Shown: piece after piece, positions 32,020 to 42,199 of the stretch
Layout of the letters: each line of letters opens with the position of its first letter
How positions within the stretch are numbered: the stretch's first letter is position 1
DNA from: Desulfovibrio sp.
Lineage (GTDB): Bacteria > Desulfobacterota > Desulfovibrionia > Desulfovibrionales > Desulfovibrionaceae
Reading direction: 5' to 3'
DNA: 64,000 bases
Assembly (NCBI GenBank): GCA_028708865.1
Contig: JAQVYA010000002.1
Coordinates: 2,819 to 66,818 of the forward strand
The notes under the pieces: model-generated
The model's database searches: none
Seen by the model: only the letters and a program-made list of their open reading frames with translations
What the model was told of the DNA's origin: nothing
Translations under genes and position numbers: made by a program

Positions 32020-34134
32020 CTAGAGGAATCGGATCTCCGCCCTGGCGGTCTGGTCATCCAGTGGCGTCACGGTGACCTTCACCTTTTCCTCTTTAAATTT
32101 TGCCGCGCCCAACAATATTCCCTCGAAATAATCAAACAGGGCGCGCTGGGACCGGTAGTTCATAAACAAACGATCCCCCTTGTCCTCAAACGTAAAGCTC
32201 GGCGGCTCAATTCCGGGTTGCGCCTTGGTCAGCTGGGCGTGCACGTCGTTCATCCGCAACAGGAAGGCCTTGAGGTTCTCGCGCTTGAAGTATTGTGGAT
32301 ACATCTCATAAAATTGGCCGATGGTGAACTGCCCGACCTCAAGAAATACACTGCGCACGCTTTGTCCGGTCTGGCCGGCAATGGCTTCGCACATCTGGGT
32401 GAAGGCCTTGTCCGGATAACTGGCTGTGGGCAAAAAAGTAGTATTTCCGAGCTCTTCTTGTACAGCCTGATAAACCCGGTTCCCTTTGCTGCGCGCAAAA
32501 TCCTGGACAAGCTTGGGCAATACGCCCTTCATAGCATGCTCCGAAGATTCCATGTGCAGCCGATTTTCCCCTTCCTCCGTAAAATTCAGTGAAACCCCCA
32601 ACAGCTCCTGTGACAATTGAGCCAGATCTCTGGTGGCGGACGCGGTTTGCCCTGCCCCTTCGTCCGATTCCGCAGCCACCTGGGCGATGCTCTCAATGCT
32701 GTGGTTGATCTCTTCAGCAGCAGAGGACTGTTCTTCCGCAGCAGTGGCGATCTGAGCGGCGCGCTGCACCATGTCCTTAATGCCGTCCATGATCATTTCC
32801 AGGGCGCGGCCCGCCTGATTAGCCATTTCCGTGCTTTCGGCAACCTGGGAGCCGGTCTCCTCCATGGAGTGCATGGCCAGCCGGGAGCGTTCCTGGATGG
32901 TCTTAATTGCCTGCTCCACTTCCTTTGTGGCGGTCATGGTTTTTTCTGCCAGTTTACGGACTTCATCAGCCACCACGGCAAACCCCCGCCCGGCATCGCC
33001 TGCCCGGGCCGCTTCGATGGCCGCGTTGAGGGCCAACAAGTTGGTCTGATCCGCGATATCATTAATCACGCTGATAATCCTGCCGATTTCTCCCGCCTGA
33101 CTGTCAAGCTGCCGAATCATTCCGGAGAGCTTTTCCGCAGATTGCGACACGCCATGGATGGCATCCACGGCTTTGCCCACCATCTCTACGCCCTCCTGGG
33201 CAGAATCGTTGGCGCTGTCCGCGGCGGCCGAAGTCGCCGAAGCGTTACGCGCCACTTCCAACACCGTGGAGGTCATCTCCTCCATGGCCGCAGCCACTGT
33301 ATCGGTCTGCTCTTTCTGACGCTGAGCCCCACGGGCCTGCTCGTCGGCCGAGGCAGAAAGCTCCTCGGAAGCCGAGGCCACACGCTGGGCCAACAGGCTA
33401 ACCTCCTGCCCCACCTCAAGCATCCCTGCCTTCTGGGCTTCCAGCTGCTTTTGTTTCTCTATCAGGGAATGGAGATCGATGTAAGAACAAACCACCCCCT
33501 GCACCTCTCCTTCTTGGTCCACTATGGTGCTGGCATACTGACGCAGAGTCACTTCTCGGCCATCCCACATGTGCACCACGCTCTGTTCATCCACTGCCTT
33601 TTTGGAACGCAAGGCCCGACCGGCAACCGAGGTGCCTTTCTTATTCTCAAAGACCTGGCCCGGGGTAAAGCCGATAACCTGGCTCACGGGTTTCTTGACC
33701 AGCTCCATCACGGCGTTGGTCGCGGCCAGGACCTTGCCCTCACGGTTCGTGACCAACACAGGATTGCGCAGTGACTTTAAAGCATTGCGAAAAAATCTAG
33801 AAGTGGCATGCTGCTCCGCCACGGCGCTCCCGAGCTGGTGCAAAAGCGGAGCAAGCTCGCCTGCGGTCGTGGCATTGAGGAGCACCGCGGCGTCCTCGGA
33901 CTCCGCGAACTGTTCGGCCACGGCCTGGGCCCGGCGGATGGAAAGGGAAATCAACCGGGAAGCAACCACCGTAAACGTCAAGGCAAGCACAGTCGCAATG
34001 CCGATGGCAATGTCGAGATCAAACCCTGTGGCTCGCGACAGCAGCACGGCCACCACAAATATCAGAGTGAGAATCGTCCCGAAAATCAAGGTTCGATTGC
34101 CGGTTCCGATAACCAACGGTGTTTTCGCGCTCAT
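32020..34134 (-). CDS. methyl-accepting chemotaxis protein with PAS-like and C-terminal H-NOX domains
   Basis: Two TM helices; [20 protein letters not shown]; last 170 aa begin MKG and contain MNDVH, PPSF, YRSQR. Confidence 0.9.
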   Translation of the reverse strand: MSAKTPLVIGTGNRTLIFGTILTLIFVVAVLLSRATGFDLDIAIGIATVLALTFTVVASRLISLSIRRAQAVAEQFAESEDAAVLLNATTAGELAPLLHQLGSAVAEQHATSRFFRNALKSLRNPVLVTNREGKVLAATNAVMELVKKPVSQVIGFTPGQVFENKKGTSVAGRALRSKKAVDEQSVVHMWDGREVTLRQYASTIVDQEGEVQGVVCSYIDLHSLIEKQKQLEAQKAGMLEVGQEVSLLAQRVASASEELSASADEQARGAQRQKEQTDTVAAAMEEMTSTVLEVARNASATSAAADSANDSAQEGVEMVGKAVDAIHGVSQSAEKLSGMIRQLDSQAGEIGRIISVINDIADQTNLLALNAAIEAARAGDAGRGFAVVADEVRKLAEKTMTATKEVEQAIKTIQERSRLAMHSMEETGSQVAESTEMANQAGRALEMIMDGIKDMVQRAAQIATAAEEQSSAAEEINHSIESIAQVAAESDEGAGQTASATRDLAQLSQELLGVSLNFTEEGENRLHMESSEHAMKGVLPKLVQDFARSKGNRVYQAVQEELGNTTFLPTASYPDKAFTQMCEAIAGQTGQSVRSVFLEVGQFTIGQFYEMYPQYFKRENLKAFLLRMNDVHAQLTKAQPGIEPPSFTFEDKGDRLFMNYRSQRALFDYFEGILLGAAKFKEEKVKVTVTPLDDQTARAEIRFL

Positions 34135-34156
34135 GCAACCTCCATTTCAGCCCGCT

Positions 34157-34183
34157 TTATCGGCAACCGCCGTGCAAAACTCA
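34157..34183 (-). promoter_or_regulatory. putative sigma28 promoter of the MCP-cheA-cheR cluster
   Basis: TGAG-N15-GCCGATAA on the minus strand (perfect -10, imperfect -35), 22 nt before the MCP ATG. Confidence 0.5.
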
Positions 34184-34232
34184 TCCCTTAAATTGTAATC
34201 ATTATGCTTTTGCGCACCAATTAGCAACATGA

Positions 34233-34775
34233 CTAAAAGAGGTTCCTGTCACCAGGAGGGGTCGCCTGCTCCAGGCGGCGGCGACGACGTTCATGGCGAA
34301 GTCGCCTGTATCGACGTATGGCCTGGACGGAAAAAAAATAAGTCAATACCCCGGCGACCACGCCGAAAATCAGCCCACCAACCAGAATAACGAGAAACAA
34401 TTCCCAGCCCGAGGCGATCAGCTCCTTCATGGCCAAATGTTCGGGATCAAGATGCAGCCCTTCAAACGGCATGACCAGCTTCCCGATGAAAAACAAAAAG
34501 GTATAGAACGGTCCCATGGTGAACACGTTGGAGTAGCAGGTGGCCAGCCATGCTGAAAGCTTATTCGTTCGAAAAATGAACGCCAGGGCAATGATTGCGA
34601 AGGTTTGAAAGGGAATGATGGGCATGGCACCGACAAACACGCCGAGGGCCAGTCCCAAGGCGATATTGCGTGCCGAAGCGTTCTGCCGGATGACGCGCAG
34701 GTACCAGTACCGGACCAGACGCTTGGTTCGCGTCCACCAGTGGCGCTGATTTGCCGTAAGTTTTTTCTTGGCCAT
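34233..34775 (-). CDS. DUF2062 membrane protein
   Basis: IALGLALGVFVG..P..PFQ; N.FT..P. Confidence 0.85.
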   Translation of the reverse strand: MAKKKLTANQRHWWTRTKRLVRYWYLRVIRQNASARNIALGLALGVFVGAMPIIPFQTFAIIALAFIFRTNKLSAWLATCYSNVFTMGPFYTFLFFIGKLVMPFEGLHLDPEHLAMKELIASGWELFLVILVGGLIFGVVAGVLTYFFSVQAIRRYRRLRHERRRRRLEQATPPGDRNLF

Positions 34776-34794
34776 TCGGGGCTCCGCTCCGAGA

Positions 34795-36852
34795 CTATTG
34801 CAAGACATCGAACCGATCGAACTTCATGATGAACGCGGCCCGCCCCTGCGTCGCGGAACGCAACTCCGTAGAAAAGCCAAACAGCCCGGCAAGCGGAGAC
34901 AACGCCTGCACTGTTTTGGCGTCACCTCGATCCAGCATATTTTCAATTTTGGCGCCCTTGCTGCCCAAAAGCCCCATCACATCGCCCACATGTTCCTCGG
35001 GGACGGAAACTTCCAGCCACATGATCGGCTCCAGCAGCTGCGGGCCAGCCGCTTCCAGAGCGGACTTGAGTCCCATGGCTGCGGCCATGCGGTATCCTGC
35101 CGGCGAGGACTCTCCGTCGCGTCGTTCCAGCTCAAGAATACGCACACGAACGTCCTGCACAGGATATCCTTTGAGAATACCACTCTGCAACCCGTCGCTG
35201 ACGCCGTCGGCCACTGCATCAATCCAGGCAGAAGGCCACCCCTCGAGATTGGCCTCGAACACCACGTCATGCCCCTTGCCGCGCTTCCGAGGCTCCACGC
35301 TCAAGACCAGCCCGCCAAAATGCATAACCTCGCCGAGCTCGCGGTGAAATTCACCCCGCGCCTGCCCCTTGCGGGTCACGGTTTCCTGGTAAACCACCTG
35401 CGGCTTGCCCGTTCGCGGCTCCAGGCCGTATTCACGGCGCAGCCGCTCGCGGATAATTTCCAGGTGCAGTTCTCCCATGCCGGAGACCACCATTTGCCCG
35501 GTATCCTCGTCGGACTCCACGCTCAACGTCGGATCTTCGAGCAAAAACTTTTGTAAAACCTCCTCGAGCTTGTCTCCTTCCTCGGAATTTCGGGGTTCGA
35601 TGGCCATGGAGATCACAGGCTTGTACCCTGCAATCTGTTCAAGGATCAGAGGCGATTCCTTATCAGCCAAGGTATCCCCAGTCCGGGCGAAGCGCATCCC
35701 GGCAGCGGCCACGATTTCACCAGCCACGGCCTCGTCCAGCTTTTCCTTGCGTCCGGCATGCAGCCGGAAAAGGCGGGCCACCCGTTCATCCTGGTCCTCG
35801 GTTACGTTGTAAACCGTATCGCCAGCCTTGATGCGACCGGAATAAATCCGCATCAGGGCCAACTTACGGCCAGAATCCATGCTGACTTTAAATACAAGAG
35901 CAGAAAGAGGTTCCGACGGATGCGGGGGAAACGAAGTGCGTTCCCCTCCTTTGGGAGGAGTTCCGGAAGCGACCGGCACTTCGGCCGGACTCGGCAAATA
36001 ATCACATATGGCATCCAAAACAGGCTGCACACCAATATTCTTCAACGCGGAACCGCAAAGCACAGGCACCAGCCGTCCCTGTAGCGTGGCACGTCGAATG
36101 GCCGGACGAAGTTCCTCAGGCCCGCATTCGCCGCCCCCCAGATACACATCGCAAAACTCGTCATCCTCTTCTGCAAGCGTTTCCAGCATGCGTTCACGCC
36201 AGGGAGCAACGCGCTCACGTTCCTCCACCGTCATGGGCACCCGCTTGTATTCGAGAATTTTGCTGTCAACATCAAAAATCAACCGCTCCAAGGTGATCAA
36301 ATCAAAAACCCCTTGCAGCTCCTGGCCCTCACCATCCGGACACTGCAACGGCAGAGGTTTGGCGCGCAATCGGCGCACCATGGAGTCGAGCACGCCGGAA
36401 AAATCTGCACCCAGCCGATCCAGCTTATTGATGAAGACAATCTTAGGGACCTTGTAACGCTCAGACTGTCGCCACACTGTCTCGGATTGCGGTTCCACCC
36501 CGCTGACACCGCAAAAAACGCCCACAGCTCCATCCAGCACCCGCAAACAACGTTCCACCTCAATGGTAAAATCCACATGACCGGGGGTATCGATAATATT
36601 GACAGTGCAATCCCGCCATGGCGTGGAGGTCAGGGCCGAGGTAATGGTAATGCCCCGTTCCTGTTCTTCGGGCATGTAATCCATGGTGGCCGTGCCCTCA
36701 TGCACTTCGCCCATGCGATGGATCTTTCCGGAATAATAAAGCATCCGCTCGGTGAGGGTCGTCTTCCCCGCGTCAATATGGGCAATGACCCCGATGTTGC
36801 GAACACGATCAAGATATTTAGCGGCCTTACCGCTGCTGGAACGTTTACTCAT
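34795..36852 (-). CDS. fusA: elongation factor G paralog (EF-G2-like)
   Basis: AHIDAGKTT, ERGITI, DTPGH, NKLD, GMGELHL; not in an str operon; divergent domain IV. Confidence 0.9.
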   Translation of the reverse strand: MSKRSSSGKAAKYLDRVRNIGVIAHIDAGKTTLTERMLYYSGKIHRMGEVHEGTATMDYMPEEQERGITITSALTSTPWRDCTVNIIDTPGHVDFTIEVERCLRVLDGAVGVFCGVSGVEPQSETVWRQSERYKVPKIVFINKLDRLGADFSGVLDSMVRRLRAKPLPLQCPDGEGQELQGVFDLITLERLIFDVDSKILEYKRVPMTVEERERVAPWRERMLETLAEEDDEFCDVYLGGGECGPEELRPAIRRATLQGRLVPVLCGSALKNIGVQPVLDAICDYLPSPAEVPVASGTPPKGGERTSFPPHPSEPLSALVFKVSMDSGRKLALMRIYSGRIKAGDTVYNVTEDQDERVARLFRLHAGRKEKLDEAVAGEIVAAAGMRFARTGDTLADKESPLILEQIAGYKPVISMAIEPRNSEEGDKLEEVLQKFLLEDPTLSVESDEDTGQMVVSGMGELHLEIIRERLRREYGLEPRTGKPQVVYQETVTRKGQARGEFHRELGEVMHFGGLVLSVEPRKRGKGHDVVFEANLEGWPSAWIDAVADGVSDGLQSGILKGYPVQDVRVRILELERRDGESSPAGYRMAAAMGLKSALEAAGPQLLEPIMWLEVSVPEEHVGDVMGLLGSKGAKIENMLDRGDAKTVQALSPLAGLFGFSTELRSATQGRAAFIMKFDRFDVLQ

Positions 36853-37739
36853 AATTCCTCCGTCTCGCTGGGCGTGATGGAGCGCCAAGCGGTCCTGCGG
36901 ACAAAAAACCGCTCGAAATTTAAATCCGGCCAGACCATACACGCTTCATGGCCCGGACCAAACACACCGGCATAGCGCGGTAACAACGCCTCCACATTAC
37001 AGTCCGGTGCAAAGCATATCATTTCCCGTCCAGCGGGCAAGTCCCCCAATTCCTTGCCCACAAGCCGGAACCGGTGGGAAGGAAGTGCGGCCTCAACCAC
37101 ACCGGCCACCCCAAAATCCGTTGCTGGCCATGCAAAGGCCAAGGCCTCCAAATTCACATCCCGGCCATGTCCGGAAAGGTACACCGCAGCTCGCTTCACA
37201 GGTGAAGCACGCCAAATCCGGCACCCGGAAGCCGCTTCACAGGACGCATCCAGGCAGGATGTCGTTTCCCCCAATATCAAAATCGCGCAGGAATCGCTGC
37301 TCCGGCACAATTCGGCAGTAAACCGTCTGATCCGCTCCGGCGGCAACACAGCCACCCGCTCCTGCCCGGCCAATTCCAAAGTCGTAAGCAAGGCCGCTGG
37401 CACCTCTTGGTCCTGTTCGCCAGCATACAGAGCCAAGACCTCCGGGACACCGGCATTCAATACCGGCATCAAGGCGGCCGCAAGACCAGCACACGAAGTT
37501 TGTTGATCAAAGATCACCAATGCGGCATCAACAGGCTGCTTGCTCTCGATCAGCGCAACATCCGCGTCCAGCTCACGCCATCGGCGCCATGTCCGACATG
37601 TTACAGCGGGATGCAAAGCGTCCTGCCGCGCCAGCGCCGTCTTGATCAAAGCGCGGTGCGGAGCAGAAACCAGATCATAGGCCAAGGAAAAAGCCGAGTC
37701 GTCCAGACAGGCTTCCTGAATCCAGGAGGGCATCATCAT
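36849..37739 (-). CDS. hypothetical protein with a degenerate HisD-like segment
   Basis: Fills the gap between bamD and fusA, with ATGA overlap into fusA; AAALMPVLNAGVPEV...PAALLTTLELAG. Confidence 0.65.
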   Translation of the reverse strand: MMMPSWIQEACLDDSAFSLAYDLVSAPHRALIKTALARQDALHPAVTCRTWRRWRELDADVALIESKQPVDAALVIFDQQTSCAGLAAALMPVLNAGVPEVLALYAGEQDQEVPAALLTTLELAGQERVAVLPPERIRRFTAELCRSSDSCAILILGETTSCLDASCEAASGCRIWRASPVKRAAVYLSGHGRDVNLEALAFAWPATDFGVAGVVEAALPSHRFRLVGKELGDLPAGREMICFAPDCNVEALLPRYAGVFGPGHEACMVWPDLNFERFFVRRTAWRSITPSETEEL

Positions 37740-37786
37740 TTTGGGGCTTCCTGCAAAAAAGCGGTCCGAAGACCGCTTGATAGGAG

Positions 37787-38521
37787 TTACAACCAATCCC
37801 GTATGAACTTGTACCAACTATCCTGCAATCGCATCCTCTCCTCCTCGGAGAGCGTCTTCTGATGCTCATAGTAAGAATACTCGGCACGCTTGCGGGCGTA
37901 CTCCTGAATGTCCGGCAGATCCGGAAAGTTTTCCACGATGTACTTGTAACGACTCCAGGCTGGACCGTATTTTTCGGTACGCCAATAAAAATCCGCCACA
38001 AAAATTTCGTGTTCCGCTAAGATACGGCGGCTTTTATGGATATATTCCCGGGCCTGGACCGCGTAATCCGTATCCGGATAGGCGTCCACCACGCGCTGGA
38101 AATATTCAATTCCCTCACGGATGTTGTCCTGCCGACGGTCAATGGATTCAAACTGTTTGAAGTTGGACATGCCCACCTGGAAAAGCACGTAGGGCGTATC
38201 CTCATGCATGGGATGTAATGCCTCAAACTCTTTGTATGCGTCCGCGGCAAGAATGTACTCCTCATCCAGGAAGTAGGCATCGCCAAGCCCCACTTCCGCC
38301 TTGGGCGTGAAGGGACTAAAGGGATAGTTGTCCTTCAGCTTCATGAAATATTCTGCCGCATCGCCGTAATCTCCGTCATTCATGGCGTAGACACCGGCCT
38401 CATACAATTCCTGAGCCGTATCTTCGGGCGGCGGCAGGAAATAGTAATCAATGAGGGTACAAGCGGAAAGCAGCGACAATAGCGCGACGACGGACAGAAT
38501 TCGCAAGCAGGATTTAGGCAT
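37787..38521 (-). CDS. bamD: outer membrane assembly lipoprotein BamD
   Basis: Lipobox LSAC, YPFSPF, TPR repeats, LAEHEIFVADFY. Confidence 0.92.
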   Translation of the reverse strand: MPKSCLRILSVVALLSLLSACTLIDYYFLPPPEDTAQELYEAGVYAMNDGDYGDAAEYFMKLKDNYPFSPFTPKAEVGLGDAYFLDEEYILAADAYKEFEALHPMHEDTPYVLFQVGMSNFKQFESIDRRQDNIREGIEYFQRVVDAYPDTDYAVQAREYIHKSRRILAEHEIFVADFYWRTEKYGPAWSRYKYIVENFPDLPDIQEYARKRAEYSYYEHQKTLSEEERMRLQDSWYKFIRDWL

Positions 38522-39443
38522 CAAGTTGTTCCAGATACGCAAAGGCGGAGGTGGCGGCCGTGGCACCATCGCCGACCGCAGTTGCCACCTGGCGACAAAG
38601 TTTGGAGCGCACATCCCCGGCCGCGAACACACCGGGAACATTGGTACGCATTTCCGTATCGGTAATGATTCCGTTAGAATCCATATTCAATACAGCAGGG
38701 ACAAACCCTACGTTGGGCTCAAAACCAACAAAGACAAACACGCCCTCGACGTCCAAAACGCTCTTTTCCCCTGTGGCGAGATTTTCAATGGCTACACCGG
38801 TAACTTCGCTCTCGCCCTGGATCTCATGGACCACGGTGCTCCGAACGACCTCAATGGCCTTGTGGGTGAAACACTTGTCCTGATAGCACTTCAGTCCGCG
38901 GAAGTCGTCGCGGCGATGGATGAGATAAAGCTTCTTCACCAGCTTGGCGAGATACAAAGACTCTTCCAGAGCGGAATTGCCTCCTCCCACCACAGCCACC
39001 ACACGGTCGCGGTAAAAATTTCCATCGCACAGGGCGCAGTAGGAAACCCCACGCCCCAAAAGGCGCTGCTCACCGGGAACGCCCAATTTGCGATATCGTG
39101 CTCCGGTACAAAGAATTACGCTGCGGGCGCGGATCCACTCCTCGCCCACCAACAGTTCGTGTTCCGCCTTGCCCGCGGGGTCAAGCCGCATCTCCCGAAC
39201 CTCGTCCATCATTTTGTCCGGCGCATAGGCCTCAAGCTGTGCGGCAAAGGCGTCCGCAAGCTCATAGCCCTTCATACCCTTGGGGAATCCGGGATAATTC
39301 TCGATTTCTTCCGTAAGCAGGACCTGCCCGCCCGGAGAAAGTTGTTCCACCATGAGCGTGCTGATACCGGACCGCAAAAGATAAAGGGCGGCCGTCATTC
39401 CGGCCGGGCCGCCCCCAACAACGACAGCGTCGTATGTTTTCAT
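38514..39443 (-). CDS. trxB: thioredoxin reductase
   Basis: GGGPAG, GVSYCALCDG, GGGNSA, HRRD, FAAGD. Confidence 0.96.
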   Translation of the reverse strand: MKTYDAVVVGGGPAGMTAALYLLRSGISTLMVEQLSPGGQVLLTEEIENYPGFPKGMKGYELADAFAAQLEAYAPDKMMDEVREMRLDPAGKAEHELLVGEEWIRARSVILCTGARYRKLGVPGEQRLLGRGVSYCALCDGNFYRDRVVAVVGGGNSALEESLYLAKLVKKLYLIHRRDDFRGLKCYQDKCFTHKAIEVVRSTVVHEIQGESEVTGVAIENLATGEKSVLDVEGVFVFVGFEPNVGFVPAVLNMDSNGIITDTEMRTNVPGVFAAGDVRSKLCRQVATAVGDGATAATSAFAYLEQLDA

Positions 39444-39447
39444 TGGA

Positions 39448-39768
39448 CTACAGCGCCTTTTTGCTGATCATTTCCTTGATGCTGCTTTTGGAAACGGCAC
39501 CGGTGGTCTGGTCCAGCACTTCTCCGCCCTTGAACAAAATCAGGGTCGGGATGGCGCGAATTCCGTACTTGCTCGGAGAGGCGGAGTTTTCGTCCACGTT
39601 CATCTTGCAAATCTTGACCTGCCCCTCATATTCGGTGGCCAGTTCGTCGATCACCGGTCCCATGGCCCGGCAGGGACCGCACCAGGGAGCCCAGAAGTCG
39701 ACGAGTACGGGAATATCGCTCTGCAACACTTCTTGTTCAAAATTTCCGTCCGTGACCTGGAACGCCAT
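39448..39768 (-). CDS. trxA: thioredoxin
   Basis: [18 protein letters not shown]. Confidence 0.97.
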   Translation of the reverse strand: MAFQVTDGNFEQEVLQSDIPVLVDFWAPWCGPCRAMGPVIDELATEYEGQVKICKMNVDENSASPSKYGIRAIPTLILFKGGEVLDQTTGAVSKSSIKEMISKKAL

Positions 39769-39861
39769 ATGGATCTCCTTTGTTTTCGGATGAACTCCGT
39801 TTATTTCACGCATCCGAACGCCCCTGACACAGGCCGCCCGGTCACTCTCATCAATCCTTCT

Positions 39862-39890
39862 AAATTAGTGCCGCCCCTGGGAAGTGTCAA
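39862..39890 (-). promoter_or_regulatory. putative sigma70 promoter of the trxA-trxB operon
   Basis: TTGACA-N17-TAATTT on the minus strand. Confidence 0.65.
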
Positions 39891-39913
39891 GGAACATCGA
39901 GAGGCTTCACGGC

Positions 39914-40981
39914 TTAAACCGGCGCAGAAAGCCAGTCCTGGGGTACCTTGCGCCCTCGGGGAACCGCCTCCAACTCCAAGGAGTGAAATCTACCGCAACG
40001 CGCCAACCGTTCTCCGGCACAGGCTACCATGGCCGCATTGTCCGTGCAAAGAGACGGTGATGGCATGACCGCCCGAAGGCCATGTTTTTCAGCAAGGGCC
40101 AACATGGTTCGGCGAAGCATGGAGTTGGCGGCAACCCCCCCCGCAACGATCAGCGCCCGGGCATTGGGAACCCGGGGCAAAGCCCGTTCTGTTTTAATCC
40201 GCAACGTTTCGGTGACACTCCAGTTGAAGGACGCGCAGACCACTGCCAACTCCTGGCGAATCTCCGGAGCCAAAGCGTCCGTTCCGGCCAGAGAAGGCAA
40301 AGCCAGATGCGGGTGTGCGTTCACGTGATTGACCACCGCGGTTTTCAATCCACTGAAGCTGAAATCAAGGTTGTCGTTATCGATATATGCCCGCGGGAAC
40401 ATTTCATGATCGGGTTGCCCTTCCTGGCCCAGTTCATCAAGAAGCTGGCCGCCGGGATACGGCAGATTCAAACGCTTGGCCGCCTTGTCAAAGGCTTCGC
40501 CCGCGGCATCGTCCAACGTCCGGCCCAACAATTGAAAATTGTGGTCACTGCGCACGGCATAGGTATGCGTATGTCCGCCGGAAACCAGTAACCCCAAAGC
40601 CGGGAACGGAACGTCCTCCTCCAGCCCCGCTGCCAGAAGATGAGCATGCAGATGATTGACCCCCACCAGGGGAACCCCCAGTGCAAGAGCGAGTCCTTTG
40701 GCAAACGACAGCCCGATCAACAACGCTCCCAAAAGCCCGGGCCCCCGAGAAACAGCCACACAGGAAATTTCCTCCGGCTGTACGCCGGTTTCGGTCAGCA
40801 ATGTGCGGTAAAGTCCTGGTAAAACACGCAGGTGTTCACGAGAGGCGATTTCGGGGACAACCCCACCGAACAACGCGTGCACATCCACCTGCGAGGCCAG
40901 TTGCTGGCCCAGAAGGCGACCGTTGCGAACCAGCGCCACGGCTGTTTCGTCACATGAACTTTCTATTCCAAGGCAAAGCAT
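39914..40981 (-). CDS. tsaD: tRNA threonylcarbamoyladenosine biosynthesis protein TsaD
   Basis: GIESSCDET, GGVVPEIASREH, NHLHAH, SGGH, DDAAGEAFDK, FSFSGLK, TDNAAM. Confidence 0.96.
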   Translation of the reverse strand: MLCLGIESSCDETAVALVRNGRLLGQQLASQVDVHALFGGVVPEIASREHLRVLPGLYRTLLTETGVQPEEISCVAVSRGPGLLGALLIGLSFAKGLALALGVPLVGVNHLHAHLLAAGLEEDVPFPALGLLVSGGHTHTYAVRSDHNFQLLGRTLDDAAGEAFDKAAKRLNLPYPGGQLLDELGQEGQPDHEMFPRAYIDNDNLDFSFSGLKTAVVNHVNAHPHLALPSLAGTDALAPEIRQELAVVCASFNWSVTETLRIKTERALPRVPNARALIVAGGVAANSMLRRTMLALAEKHGLRAVMPSPSLCTDNAAMVACAGERLARCGRFHSLELEAVPRGRKVPQDWLSAPV

Positions 40982-41107
40982 GAAGCAGGGTACCTTCCAC
41001 GGATGGTATGCAGGAAGCCGTCGCCGGTTCCGAAAGCCGCGTCCTTGGCGGAGCCGGGCTCATAACCGCGACATTCACGCTTCAAGCCCTGCCCCGCACC
41101 CTCGATT

Positions 41108-42127
41108 TCAGGCCATAGTCTTGGCTTTGGCATAAACATCAAGGATTTTCTGGACATCATTTTTTGAGCCAATAAACAGTGGAACCCGTTGATGCAGGTG
41201 TTCCGGTTCAATTTCCAAAATACGCCGGTACCCGTCCACGGCCAGGCCTCCGGCTTGCTCCGCGATCATGGCCATGGGGCTGGCCTCACACATGAGCCGC
41301 AGCTTGCCGCGCGGTTTGGCAGGGTCGCGGTGGTCCGCAGGGTACATAAAAACCCCGCCGTAAATTAAATTACGATGAAAATCAGCAACCAAAGAACCGA
41401 TATAGCGTAAACTAAAAGGACGTTTGATGGCGTTGTCCGTCCCCTTGAAATACCGCATGACCTCCTGAGTGGGGTCATCCCAGTACATCTGGTATCCTTC
41501 ATTCACCGAGTAAATTTTGCCTTGTTCCGGTATGCGGATATTGGGGTGCGAAAGCAGAAATTCCCCAACCCCGGGGTCCAGGGTGAACCCGTGAACGCCC
41601 TCTCCGGTGGTGAGCACCAGCATGGTGGAAGACCCGTACATAATGTATCCGGCAGCCACTTGCTCATCACCCTTTTGCAAAACATCGCTGTGCATGACTT
41701 CGGTGTCTGCCGGGCTGCGTCGCCGGAAAATGGAAAAGATGGTTCCAATGTTCACGTTCACGTCAATATTGGACGAACCATCCAGCGGGTCGAAAATCAG
41801 CACGTACTCCCCCGTGGGATACCCGCGAGGGATACTGATGATGTCCGCATTTTCCTCCGAAGCCATGGCGCAAAGCACCCCGGCCTTGGAAAGACGGTGA
41901 ATCAAAATACTATTGGCGTACTCGTCCAGTTTTTTAACTTTTTCGCCCTGAACATTGACGTCTCCTGTAAACCCCAGAACATCCACAAGCCCAGCCTTGT
42001 TCACCTCGCGGGAGATGATCTTGGCCGACATGATCAACTCGTTGAGCAACAGGGTGAAACGGCCCGTGGCCTTGACCTGGGACTGACTGTACAACAGGTG
42101 TTCCGTGACGGTGATCTGTTGCGGCAC
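41108..42127 (-). CDS. fbp: class 1 fructose-1,6-bisphosphatase
   Basis: [33 protein letters not shown]. Confidence 0.96.
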   Translation of the reverse strand: MPQQITVTEHLLYSQSQVKATGRFTLLLNELIMSAKIISREVNKAGLVDVLGFTGDVNVQGEKVKKLDEYANSILIHRLSKAGVLCAMASEENADIISIPRGYPTGEYVLIFDPLDGSSNIDVNVNIGTIFSIFRRRSPADTEVMHSDVLQKGDEQVAAGYIMYGSSTMLVLTTGEGVHGFTLDPGVGEFLLSHPNIRIPEQGKIYSVNEGYQMYWDDPTQEVMRYFKGTDNAIKRPFSLRYIGSLVADFHRNLIYGGVFMYPADHRDPAKPRGKLRLMCEASPMAMIAEQAGGLAVDGYRRILEIEPEHLHQRVPLFIGSKNDVQKILDVYAKAKTMA

Positions 42128-42199
42128 TTCAGCCTCCCATAGATTATATGTCATTGAAAACGGACCGATATGGTAGCTGATTCCTGAAAGAAGTCCAAC

